DNA of 64,000 nucleotides from Felis catus (lineage: Eukaryota), in the NCBI RefSeq assembly GCF_018350175.1, contig NC_058368.1, positions 68,078,001 through 68,142,000 of the forward strand, written 5' to 3'. The position numbers and the translations under genes are program-made. This document shows positions 25,230 to 37,689 of this stretch, piece by piece. Under the pieces are notes generated by a model. That model saw nothing but the letters and a program-made list of their open reading frames with translations, searched no databases and was not told the origin of the DNA. Positions within the stretch are counted from its first letter, which is position 1, and each line of letters begins with the position of its first letter.

Positions 25230-26152
25230 TTCTTCATTTCCATCTTACTAGAGGCTGAGGAAATGGTGTTTTTCTTACTGCAGATGCGATGGAGACTCTT
25301 CACCTAATTGTCCATGGGACGGTGGTCAATGCAGCTGGGTGAAGCCAGGTCTGTTCCTCTGCCCACATCATCTTATCTTTTAGTTCTCACCTAAAAACTT
25401 GAGGATGGTGTAGCTTATCTTCTCTCTTGACACAAAACTTCTGGGTTACTTTAAAAAAATCAACCCACTAAAAATGCATTTTATGGTCGTAAATTCTATG
25501 CTTCTTGTATTGACTCACTTAATTGTATCCCTTAAATAATCAACCATTGTCATCATCTCCGAATATGCCCCAAACTATCTCTTTCCAATGCAGATAAGGT
25601 TGTAATTTTACTGCCTAAAATTTTTCAGCTTTTTTTTTTAATCACCTGTACGAAAGGCCAAAATAACTTAGAATGGCACCCAATACTCATTCCATTCTGC
25701 CTGTGGCTTAACTTAACTTTCAGACTCCTGAACACAATTTTTTTCCTGGATATTCCCAATGTCTATTGCAGTGCCTATGAAATATTAAAAAAAAAAAAAA
25801 ATCCTATCCATCCTAAACCACTTGTGCTTCTAGTGAATCATGTTGTCTTTTGCCTCTGTGCCTTTTCCTTCCAGCTACAGCTCCTACAGTTTCTCTTTCT
25901 CCCCATCCACTTGACTTTCTCAATTCAACTCTAGAGAGTCCCTCCTGGGGAGCCTTCCCATCCAATGCTTAAGCCTTCCCTACCAGAGTGCCTTTCTTGT
26001 TTATTTCTGTAGTTCTAGTGTAGCACTTAGGTTGTATTGCAATTAAGTTTAATTGCCTGTCTCCATTAGACTATGAGAATATTTGTTTTGTTCATTTTTA
26101 TATGTCATGCGTAGAACTTTAGCAGACACAGATTGAGCATAATTGTTGGATG
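25230..26152 (+). mobile_element. Degraded L2
   Basis: Pyrimidine-rich; gcctctgtgcctttt, ttgcctgtctccattagactatgag, ttgttggatga. Confidence 0.55.
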
Positions 26153-28412
26153 AGGTATAATTTTGTGTCTTTTCTCCCTACCTTTGCGATGAATGGGTAT
26201 AGTCTGGAAATCTTTAGAATGGTTTGAAGGCTGAGTATGAACTATTATTCAAAATAGGCCCTCTCTCCCCTCCACCCCAGAAAGACACTGCTACTCTTCT
26301 TTATGACATCTACCATGCCAAGCTTGGAGAAATAAAATTATGTCCCTGCTACGAGTCTGTCTGATTCCAGTTCTTGTAGAGTTCCTGTAAGAGAGGATGT
26401 TTCATGTGACTCAGTCTCCCATCTCACTTACTCAACTCTACCTCATGGACGGTGACTCCCTTGTTACCAAATAACAATACTAAACATATCTCTTTATGGG
26501 GTGGGCTCGTGTTAAATCTGAGATAAATGAATGAATGAATGAATGAATGAATACATAAATAAATAAATACACACATATATATGTATGTATTTATCTTCAG
26601 AAGATTGTACTCCCATATGTGTGTCCACCTATATCTACCTACCCAGCTGTGTACTTGGCTATGTTTAACCCTTCAGAAGGCCATACCAATCTCATGTTCT
26701 TTACCAAAGAGAATGCAGGTGTAGTGGGCTATCCAGCTATTTGTCACAATAGACTTCCTACTTAGGAACATGTTCAAAGACATTGAACAATGTCGGCTAC
26801 TTCTGTTGCCCTTCTCCTTTCTATGTAGAAAGAGATCATAGAATTTTAAAGTGAAGATTTTCTACAGATAAAAGGTATTATGCATTACCTTATATTGCTT
26901 GCTAAACTCTAATTGGACTTGTGAAAACCCAAGATCAGATGTATAGTTTGGATTTTTAAAAATGCTCCACAGAGCAGCCCCAGGTTACCAAGTGATTTTT
27001 ATTCCTGTCCTTTCCCCATGTTTATGCTTTCTTCTCCCTAAGACCCCACTAGTCCTTCCACTAGTGGTGCCTGCCTTGCTCTGACTTCAAACAAATGTTT
27101 TGCTCAGAGGTAGTTCAGGGAATCTGGAAACTCGGTCTCCGAGAGATGGGTAGTTTTAATAAATGAGTTGACTCGAACACAGTCATTTTTTCAGGGGGTG
27201 TACGATTGGCTTTTATTCAGTTTTATGAGCCTTTTTGATGGACTGTTACTTTCTTGTTTTCCCAGTGGTATTTGCCATAGGAACTTTTATGATTTGTTTT
27301 GAGACTTATTTAAAAACTTGTCTATTTATCTCAACAGAACATTGATATTTGTGAAATATCTCACCATAGTTGACTTTTTATAGAATTACTGTTTCAATCT
27401 GCTTATTTTTAGTAAAGATGTCTGTAAGCATTTTGTGTTGAATAGAGACCTCTGCTTGCCTACCTCTGTACCTTTTTTTTTTTTTTTCCTGGCTGGATTG
27501 GAATAACTATTGAGTATTTTTCTCCATACCCTGGAGACTGGCCATCTATCTTTCATTCTTCAGTACAAATATTTACCAGTCCCACAAGAAGTTGAGATGA
27601 TTGTCTTGAGCACACAAATTGCCCAAGAGGTTTCTGGCTAACTTGTCCTCAGAAACTGTGTGTATGATTAATAAAGAAATTATGCTCTAGCAATATTTTT
27701 CTCCGCTGAGGGAGGTGCAGTGACTCTTTTTGTTCATTATGAGATAGATGTGGCTGAAAGTGCAGTTGTAGCCTGTCATAGAACATTTGGCATCTCTGCT
27801 AAAGAGGTGAAATTATGTTATTGGCAAAACAATCTGGGTGGGTTATCAAGTACGTTGGCACTAGACAAACACTCGGCTGTGGCTTGTGAAGTCAGAATGG
27901 CGACTCTTCAACCCCCCCTCCATGTGAAGGCCCCAGCTGGAACCAACAGCCAATTTTTGCCATGTCAGTAGACCAACCAATATTAAGGAAGCAGATTTAG
28001 TCTTCTATGGCTGTAACTAAACTTTTGTAATTTTATTTCTGGCTTTTTTTTTTCATGTTTCACAGAACATTCTTTCTTTCAATGTATTAAAAAAAAATCG
28101 CCTGACATTAGAGGAGAAAAAAGAAGGGGTAGATGGTAATCACATTACCCATCCTTCTACGACTAAAAAGCCTCAACGATGTTGACCTAGGTAACAGAAC
28201 TTTATCCAAAAAAACCCAAAAAAACAAAAAACAAAAATAGGCTTTTATTTTGAATTTCCAATATCAGCAAGGATGGTTTTTCAAACTCTTTGGGTTTCAG
28301 TTCTGTTCTAGTCTGTGGTCATATCATCCAGTCCTGAGTGTCTAGAAAATGGAAAAATGCCTAATCTTAGCTTCCCAAGTAATAGTATTTAATTTAGATG
28401 CTACACTCAACA

Positions 28413-28658
28413 TTTTATTTATTTTTCTAAACTATTATTATTTTTTAATATTTATTTTTGAAGGAGAGAGAGAGAGAGAGAGAGTGTGTGTGTGTGAGTG
28501 GGGGAGGGGCAGAGAGAGAGGGAGATACAGAATCTGAAGCAGGCTCCAGGCTCTGAGCTGTCAGCACAGAGACTGACACGGGGCTGGAACCGCGAACCGT
28601 GAGAACATGACCTGAGCCGAAGTCAGATGCCCAACTAACTGAGCCACCCAGGTGCCCC
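28413..28658 (-). mobile_element. SINEC
   Basis: Full body; TSD tcaacatttta on both sides. Confidence 0.95.
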
Positions 28659-29696
28659 TACTCTTCAACATTTTAGCTAAATATTGAAGTTTGAATTATC
28701 TGCTCAAGCTTCATTAGTAGTGGTTAGGCAACACAAATGCATCTCTGATTTAATGTGTGTCTAAAAATGACTTTGAAATGCCGTCTTGTGCAGCTTGATT
28801 GTTATTGTGCACAGTTTTGTCCTTCTATGCTGTGTTCCTCAAACACTCCGATCAAAAAGGCCACCTTTGGGACATGACACTGGCAGACAGCTCACACTCT
28901 GCAAATTAATATCATAGATACAGTTCTAGAAATTGAGAAGACTGACATTTTTGTGATAATGGGAGGTTGGGACTACATTTACAGAAAGGCAAATTTATGA
29001 CAGGAGTGTATGTTTTTTTTTTTTTTAAGAGACTGTAAATTTCTAAATGAATTTCTGACATTTCGAAATGTTTTGACAATGCTTCATTTGTATAAAGCTT
29101 TATGTGTAGCAGCCTCATTGACTTGTTTCTGTTTAGTCTGGTTTTTATGTGATCATTTTTACCTCTGTTGAATTGGTGAAAAATAATTTAACATTTTTTT
29201 TGAGGCTCTAGCTGGCGCAAGAAAACTCTGAATCCAGCCAGGGATTTTCTATGGCCTAATTTGTGCATTGCAATGAGCATAAAATTTGCATCTAGTTTTA
29301 TTTTTCACTCTCTTTACTGGTATTTATGTAGTGCAAAATTAAATGTTGCAGAGCGTTAATTAACCAAGGAGAACTATAATCATCAGCAGAATCTATATAG
29401 TAAACCTGTAAAATTCATAGAGGCTCAGAACTTCAGGGTAAATAGCCATTTTTTGGAACCATATCACTGAATTTGTGCTCCAACCAAATGACACAGCTGA
29501 GCAGTAGAAACCCAAGTATTGAAGGAGACATTTTTCGTACTCCAGAGAATTTTAAAGGTTTCCCTTTCTCACTTCAAAATACTGACAAAAAACCAGTGAC
29601 AGGAAAATGATTGAGCTTAATGTTCATATTTTGTGAGCAGCCAGGAAATTAATATGGGAAAAGAAACCCTAATTTCTCATGTCATTACAGTTTTAA

Positions 29697-29783
29697 CTTT
29701 TTAATTTTATATTTTAAATTTCTTATTTATTTACATTTTAAGATGTTTGAGAGAGAGAGCACAAGAATGAGTGGGGTTGGGGC

Positions 29784-29823
<40 letters not shown>

Positions 29824-29947
29824 CCAATCAGGCTCCACACTCTCAGCACAGAGCCTGATGCAGGGCTAGATTCCATGACCCTGGGATCATGACGTGAACT
29901 GAAATCAAGAACTGGAAACTTAACCAACTGAGCCACCCAAGAGCCCC
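29697..29947 (-). mobile_element. SINEC (older)
   Basis: (AG)n, SINE head; TSD tacagtttta. Confidence 0.93.
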
Positions 29948-30319
29948 TACAGTTTTATTTTTAAAGGAGTTTAAGAAGATTTTCTTAGTTTACTGAATGT
30001 GTCTTAATTTTATTTGAATTATCAGCTATTCTAATTCCATCAGGAATCAACAAGGGGTATCTTAAAATAATACACATTTTTTTCTAATGCATAATAAAAT
30101 GAATCTTTAGATTATGTGGGCAATATGGCTGCCTCCAAGGTCTTGGAGAAGTTCTTTTCTAGCTGGCTATTTATTCTTCCTTCAGCATCAGAACTACCTC
30201 TCCCAGGATAAGACATACTCCTATATTTTTTTCCCAGGGGGATGGAAAATCCGTAGCAACTTTTTACCCTGCTACCTGGGAGGATAGTCTTATCCTGCCA
30301 GGAATTACTCCTAAAGGTA

Positions 30320-30749
30320 TGAGATTTTACTCTACTTGCAAACTAACAAGTTAGCCTGCCACAGTTTGGATGCTGGCAAAAGACATGAGACTCGTGGGCC
30401 TGAGACAAAAGATTTACTCATGGCACAACAGATGGCATGAGCTACATGGTTGCTCTGGTTCCCCTTCTTCCCCATTCTCCTCATCTCCAAGTCCCGTGGG
30501 AGTGATGAGGCGCGGCCCAGGTAGACGCTGTGCACACAGTGGGTTTGTGCCACAGCTGAGGACCCCTGAGTATAGGAAACCCAATATTTTCTAACAAACT
30601 GTGTGTAGCCTGATCAACCCATGCCCTGGAGAGAGACACTCTCTTGATCTTCTAGGACTGTTTGCCATAAAACAATCTTGGAAAGTTAGGCCTGAAACAA
30701 CAGCTGATACGAGATGTGCAGAACCACCTTGGAGAATTGTCTGTCAACG
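30320..30749 (-). mobile_element. ERVL-class solo LTR (MER54/MER74/LTR53-like)
   Basis: tacttgcaaactaacaagttagcctgccacagttt...ggatgctggcaaaagacatgagactc...gagacaaaagattta; exact family uncertain. Confidence 0.65.
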
Positions 30750-33049
30750 CTGCTGAGTGAAAATGATCAGGCCCTGTTTCAAGCCACTTCAGTAGTGTAT
30801 CTGTAATGTTGTCTTAGTAGTATATGGAGGTAGAAGGAAACCGGTTCTAGTTTATTTTTATTGCAGCCACAGGTCATCTCATTAGCCACTGGTGACTTTG
30901 TTCATTTGGAAGGCCACCAAAGTCATCACACACCTGGAAATCAATAACAGGAAGCTAGAATTGCATCCCAGAACCCCTGGGTACATAAAGCTCCTTCTTA
31001 CCCCTACCTCTGAGTGGTCTAGAAAATTTAAATATTTCTTGACCAACTTTTGCTGGTTATACTTCAGTCAGCCTTGATTGAAACACTGATAAGGAAAAGA
31101 GTGTCTGTTATAAGGATAACTATGCTCCCCTTTCTGGGACTCCCTTCCCTTGATTTTACTCTCCTTATCTTTCCCTATTGGGTATAATTGTAAGGAATTG
31201 TCGAAGATCCTCGAGAAAAGTTAATAGAAAAAGAAAGCATCTCTCCCTTTCTCTCATACACACTCCACAACCTATAGTCAGCTCACCCTTCGCCTTAGGA
31301 GCTCGAGGTTTCCACTATCTTGTAGTGTTGGCTCTTTGCCAACTAAATGCTCCTAAGCATGGAAGTGTTATACAGGGTCCTTCCATGGAGCCTGTGGACC
31401 AAGATCTGGAGATGAGGGCGTGTGTTAGGAACTGAATGTACCTCAGCTCTGGGCCCCTAAGAAAGTCACAGCGGGTCTGTGGTGATGCAGGGCGGAAGCA
31501 TCTACCAGCCTCAAGGGGCTAAGATTTGAGACCTTTGCCTTTTTAATGAGAGCTGCTGGATACAAGATCTGCTACATGTGATAGCAGACATTGATTTGGG
31601 GGGTAATTTAATGAAAAGTGTAGTACCATGAAAATTTGATTTCGCTGTGTAAACCTAACATTAATTTTTGTCATTTATGTGAACGACTTAGCATTTCTCC
31701 CTAATTACCATGCAGCACAATGATTATTCATAATACTAAATATGTGTCAGATCAATGTTTTTAAGTTGCATTGATTATAACACTAAAGTCCGCTCATATG
31801 TGGTGCTCTATCTTCATTTGGATGGGTGCCTGCTAAAGTATCGGGGCTTTCTTCTTACAGCTTAAAACATTTAGGGTTTTTTTTTTTTTTCTCTCTCTAA
31901 TGAATGGAGAGACCCATTTGATTAGAAAAGATAAATTTGCAGCCAGTTTGGCTGTGGATCACTATGGGCAGTAGAATCCTCATATCTTGAGGACAGTAGT
32001 CAGGAGTAGCAAGAGTGCTGGCATTTTAGACTTTGAGTCCTGTAGCTAATTATCTAGTTCTCTTCTTGTTTTATTTCTGCCACTTCTCTTATTACTGAGG
32101 AATGACATAATCGGATCCTAAAATATGCAATGTCTGCCTTCATGCCAACCTAGCAGAGAAGTATACAGTATTCTTGATATGCTGAAATAAATTGAAGTTC
32201 AGGAATTAGCTGTGTGGGTGTGTGTGCGTGTGTGTAGAGGGTGGGAAGATGAGTGGTGTAAATTCTTCTTTTTCCTTCTTTATGGACGAGGACTCAGCTT
32301 TCTCCTCTCCATTTTTACCTGCTGGTCTGACTTAATTTCTGTGTATTAACCAAGACTACTTTGCTTTAAAATGTGTTCATGTGGCATGGTGTTAGAATGA
32401 AGTACCACAGAGCAAGGCTTCTTAGTAGGGTAAGAGGATTCTCAGTGAGTATTAGCTCCATAAATAATGGAGCTCAAGGGGAATGCCTAAACATCAGTCC
32501 ATCAAACACATATGGACGAATATCTACTATGTAGGCAACATATTTGTGTCCCCAGCCCTTGATAGATGAAAGAAGTTTAAAAGAAATTAATTGCTTGTAA
32601 GACTTGAACTTGAATAACTGACTACTTTTTGTATGCCTATTGCTTTTTCTAAAATGAAATTTTGGTGATTAGTTAATTTAGAACTTCGTCTTTATTGTAA
32701 AGCAGAGTGAACAGTTTATCCACGTGATATCCAGGATATCCAAACGATCTTCTGGTTTTAAGGTCGGTTTAAAACTCTTTAATCCTGGCTTATAATGGAC
32801 ACAGGAAGCCTGTACTTCTGTGAAACAGAACTCATCAGGCCAGTGGAATTACTGTAGAAAAATGTCTTTTAAATGCTGATGGCTAAACCACGGCCTCTTG
32901 AGTTAGCTACAGTCTCTCAGGTGTTCCTGGCAGAATGAGGAAGGTGTGCGATCTTTTGTCGAAGAGCCAACTTCTCTGAAGGCTTTTTGTTACACGTATG
33001 TTCAGTTGGACCCTGAGGCTTCAGTGGAATTATAAAAACTCGGCTCTGG

Positions 33050-33243
33050 TAGGTAAATTTTTGAAAGAACATATTTATTTTCTGTCTTATTATCTGGGTG
33101 TGGTAGGATGAGTGCAATAAATATACTGCATATAAAGCGACCGGACAATCAATGTTTTGATACTTTTGTTTTAATTACCGCTGTGTAGAAGTAAAGACTA
33201 GATCCAGTTAGCTGTGTAATCGCCTTCGTTGCAAATCATTTCG
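33050..33243. repeat. Dispersed non-coding duplicate, copy A
   Basis: 33081-33190 aligns ungapped to 35224-35333 with 89/110 identities (hand alignment). Confidence 0.9.
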
Positions 33244-33774
33244 GTTGTGTAAAACTGAAGATGAGGGGGCTTAATCAGAACATGTGTTATCCATTTGTAA
33301 TCTGTTTCCAGATGAGGCAGAGTGGCCCCGCTATATCCAGTTTTGAATGCCCAGCAGCTCTCCACTCCAATTACACAAATTACTGATGTGTAAATGCATG
33401 TTCCTAAGTGAGAAGCAAGTGAATTTTTCTTATACAGTATTTCATCTTATTTATATATTCTGTAATATAGGTATCTATTATGTGTATGTACTATAAATGC
33501 CCTAACTTTGTCAGCTCCGAGAGTCTGAGATTTTAGGTTCCTAGAGGACAGTTTTGCTTCTAATTTATTTTAGTCATTTGAGAAAGTGACTTATGTAATT
33601 AGAGATTTGGCAAAAGCTTTTTTTCCCCTCGGTGATGGTGGTATTTAAGCTGAGATTTTCTTGGTCTAATCTGTTTTTCCCTATAACTTCATTTATATGA
33701 AATTATAAAACTTTATATATATTTACATCTATTTTTTGGCATAAGTCATGGGTTTGACTATGCAGTCCTGACTT

Positions 33775-34010
33775 TTTAATATTTTTTTATTCTTAAAAAA
33801 ATTTTTGTTAATGTTTATTTATTTCTGAGACAGAGAGAGACAGAGCATGAGTGGGGGAGGGGCAGAGAGAGAGGGACACAGAATCTGAAGCAGGCTCCAG
33901 GCTCTGAGCTGTCAGCACAGAGCCCGACGCGGGGCTCGAGCTCACAGACTGCGAGATCATGACCCGAGCTGAAGTCAGAACCTCAACCGACTGAGCCACC
34001 CAGGTGCCCC
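33775..34010 (-). mobile_element. SINEC
   Basis: Full body ending gagccacccaggtgcccc. Confidence 0.95.
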
Positions 34011-35190
34011 TTTTTAAAAACTTTTTTTTAATGTTTATATTTTTTCAATCTCAGATGAAGTATTTGGCCTGTTATCTAGAGTTTTTATTTTTATTTTTTG
34101 AAAGTGTAGCTATTGTACATATTTATAGTAATCGCATATTTTTGAAATAAATTAATCTCTTTGAATTATTACCATAGCAATCCTTAGTGCATGCAAATCA
34201 TTTTTAGTCTCTAGAATGTATAAGTGAATATTTTAATAAAAGAACAAAATAACAGGCAAAAAATGTTGATATGTAGAACTTTATATTCTATCAGTTACAT
34301 AGAAGCTGATAACAATTAGTTTAAAGACCTCGGTTAGAATTCCTCCTCTTATTGTGTCCTTGCTCTGAAATACATTGCAGGGGTCAAACACTTACTTATC
34401 CTTTTAGCAGAAAATTTCTATTATTTGAATATGGCCAGATTGGCATTTATCTTTAAAACACTTATCAGAAACAGCTTAAATTGAAAAAAATGGTTAACGT
34501 CACAAGCTTCATAATCACAAGATGGGTCTCTTTAAAAGAATCTCAAACCTTAAACAGCATATAGGGATTTCCCTTAACTTACAACTTCTGGCAGCACAGG
34601 CAGTAGAAAGAGAAAGCGGTTATTTCCTTGGTGACAATGTGGTAGTTACATAAATGTGATGTACAAAGTGAAAACGTAAATAGTATTTCAGAAACAGAGA
34701 ATCATCTGAGACCCTGTTGATTATAGTATAGGTGCTAGACATTTTAATGGAATTGTTTCTTAATTACCGAACTCTCTTTGATAGCCATGAAAAAAAATTG
34801 GATTGGACAGTATTGATTCCAAGCACTTCTGTTCCTCTTTAGGGATATTCTGAGCTGGCAAAACACATACAGATGGGCAGACAAGACTGCTTAGTTTGCC
34901 CTGTGCTGAATTTGATCAATAGGAACCTATTTCTGTATCAAGGAGAAGTAGCTCTGTTAATTTAGCCCTGGAAATCTCATCATTAGATACTCTTGAGTAA
35001 TACGATTCAAAATGTTTTAGTTAAGGTAAAAATTGCATGCTGGCATTTTTCACAGTAAAATTTGTTTATCTTTTTTTTTTCGGTATGTCAAGTGTTTCTT
35101 TGGGTTTTTTTTTCCCCCCTTTCCTCAGGAAGAATGCTAAGAGGGCCTTCACTAGTAGATAATACCCCTATTCTACTCTATCTTTGCTGC

Positions 35191-35400
35191 TAGGTAAAAA
35201 TTTTTCCTCTGTATACTGCATAATCTGCCTTATTATCTAGGTGTGGTAGGATGAATACAGTCAGTATTCCACATATAAAGTGACTGTTCAATCCCTGTTT
35301 TGATCCTTTGGTTATAATTACTGCTGTGTAAAACTGTATAAAACTAGATGGGTTTAGCTGTATAATCAGCATTTTTGACCTTTTTTATAAATCATTTAGG
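35191..35400. repeat. Dispersed non-coding duplicate, copy B
   Basis: Direct-orientation paralogue of 33050-33243. Confidence 0.9.
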
Positions 35401-36137
35401 AATGGGGGAAAATAGAATAATAAAAAAAAGAACCATTTTGGCTAATAGCATGGTAGTGCTTTTTCTTTCATCATCATCCAAATGAACACGACTCCTGCCT
35501 TTATTCATTCATAAAACATTTACCCAGCCTTACTATGCTCAAGGGTAACTGGTTGATGACTTGGAATCCAGAATACACTGCCTATTAGGAATGTCAGATT
35601 GTATTTTCTATTTTAAGCATTTATGCATATAATCACACTTGTAGTAACAAGATTACAGAAGGTGTGTGGATTGCCTGTGTGACATCTGATTTAGGATATT
35701 TCCATCTTACAACAGAGCGCCCAAAGCAGTTTCTCTTTGATGTTTTCTGCTCAATTCTTCTAATGGAGCCATTTTTCTGCGTGCTAAAATAAAGTTCAGA
35801 CTCACTCAAAGAAGTAGGAAGTAATTGAGAAAGGACAAAGCCTTGGCAAGCAGCAGCATTTCAAACTCAAGGTGCTCTGGTTCTGATTTGACTTTCTTTT
35901 ATAACATTTGGAATAGGTTCTAAGAGACTGTCTTGCCCAATCTGTTACATTTGTCAGGTTCTCAAGACAAAAAAAAAAAAAAAAAAAAAAAAAGATCTTT
36001 GAATTGCAGTTTGAGATTTGAAATTCCCAGATCATATTTCCATTTCCTGCCGTACATATTCTGAGGGAGCTGGGATATATTAAAACCATGAGGGAAGTGA
36101 AGACTGAGGTAGTCACTGATAAAAATGAAGCAGTCTA

Positions 36138-36345
36138 GGGGCGCCTGGGTGGCGCAGTCGGTTAAGCGTCCGACTTCAGCCAGGTCACGATCTCGCGGTC
36201 CGTGAGTTCGAGCCCCGCGTCGGGCTCTGGGCTGATGGCTCGGAGCCTGGAGCCTGTTTCCGATTCTGTGTCTCCCTCTCTCTCTGCCCCTCCCCTGTTC
36301 ATGCTCTGTCTCTCTCTGTCCCAAAAATAAATAAAATTAAAAAAA
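36138..36345 (+). mobile_element. Young felid SINEC_Fc
   Basis: CpGs intact; perfect 17-bp TSD aaaaatgaagcagtcta (36121, 36346). Confidence 0.98.
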
Positions 36346-37469
36346 AAAAATGAAGCAGTCTATAAGAAAGAGGTGGTGTAAAAAGGGGGAGACAATTCAG
36401 ATTGTATTTGGTCTTGACAGGAGAGACACCGGAACCTGGTGGTAGGTGTTCTGAGATCATATTCATGGTCATCTGAATTGTATTAATTGAATCATAAATA
36501 AGGAATAAGAAAATAAATAAATCCCCATAGGAGCCATTAAACAAAGGAAGAAATACACATCCATTTTATCTTGTTCCAAACCCGGAACGCCTACATGACC
36601 TCAAAAAAGGGATGTCAAGATCATCATTTCATCATTGAGTTACTTATATAGAAGGTCATCCTGGTTGTTGTATTGGAGAAGTTCTACAAACTGGGAAGGT
36701 CATACTGCTTTCAGGGCAGAGTATAAAACAATAAGAAGAAATACTGAGTATATCTGAAAATACAGGTACAGTTCGAACCAGGCCAGCTTTTATCCCTGAC
36801 AGTAGGAATAGGCGTGCAGTTTTGGAATAATGGTGGAGTCTGATATTTGCACTGTTGCAGTGTGGCAATGTGTTTATTCCTACATATTCACTGGGATTAA
36901 GAGGTGATTTTAATTGTCCTTTTGTTTTCAACAATTCTTGATAAGATTGCATAGTCTGTTCCTTTTCTGGCTTTGGGAACACAAATGGCTGTAACGTTTA
37001 CCTGAGAATGATGCCTTCCAAGCCATAAAGGGATTGATGAGTGTTCACATTTGCTTTTGTAACTTAAAAATGATAAATTGAATAATAGCATAATTAATAT
37101 CTACTTTAATTAATTGGTTACAATGTGTGCATGTATTGGTAAACTATCTTTTAAAACTCAGTGTTTGAAAGTTGCAGGAGTGATTTGAAGTTTGACCTGA
37201 GAAACATTTTGAAAGGTTATTTGCTTGATTCTCTTTGTAACTGTAATGATGATTAATGAGTAGATTGGTTTACTTTAAATATGTTTTCAAGTAGCTAAAT
37301 TCACTATATTGGCATTATTAAAAGCAAGAGTCTCATTAAATTCCTGTACTTGGAGATCGAGATTGGGCCAAGATATTATACATGACATAACGGCAAAAAA
37401 ATAATTTCTGTGAAAAGGTATTGTTTTCCCCGGGATTGTACCATTCTTCTGTGTGTGTGTGTGTGTGTG

Positions 37470-37689
37470 TTTTTTTAATTTTTTTTCAACGTTTATTTAT
37501 TTTTGGGACAGAGAGAGACAGAGCATGAACGGGGGAGGGGCAGAGAGAGAGGGAGACACAGAATCGGAAACAGGCTCCAGGCTCTGAGCCATCAGCCCAG
37601 AGCCCGACGCGGGGCTCGAACTCACGGACCATGAGATCGTGACCTGGCTGAAGTCAGACGCTTAACCGACTGCGCCACCCAGGCGCCCC
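37470..37689 (-). mobile_element. Young felid SINEC_Fc
   Basis: ...gactgcgccacccaggcgcccc; TSD tcttctgtgt. Confidence 0.97.

Noticed and set aside
25284..25348. Exon-like segment after ttttcttactgcag
   Set aside because: Lies within probable degraded L2 sequence; weak donor
33081..35333. Duplicate pair as mutually exclusive coding exons
   Set aside because: Mismatches show no codon-position bias and there are no matching splice boundaries
35962..36324. 120-aa ORF (and similar ORFs at 49413, 56928, 57043, 48420)
   Set aside because: Translations of SINEC sequence
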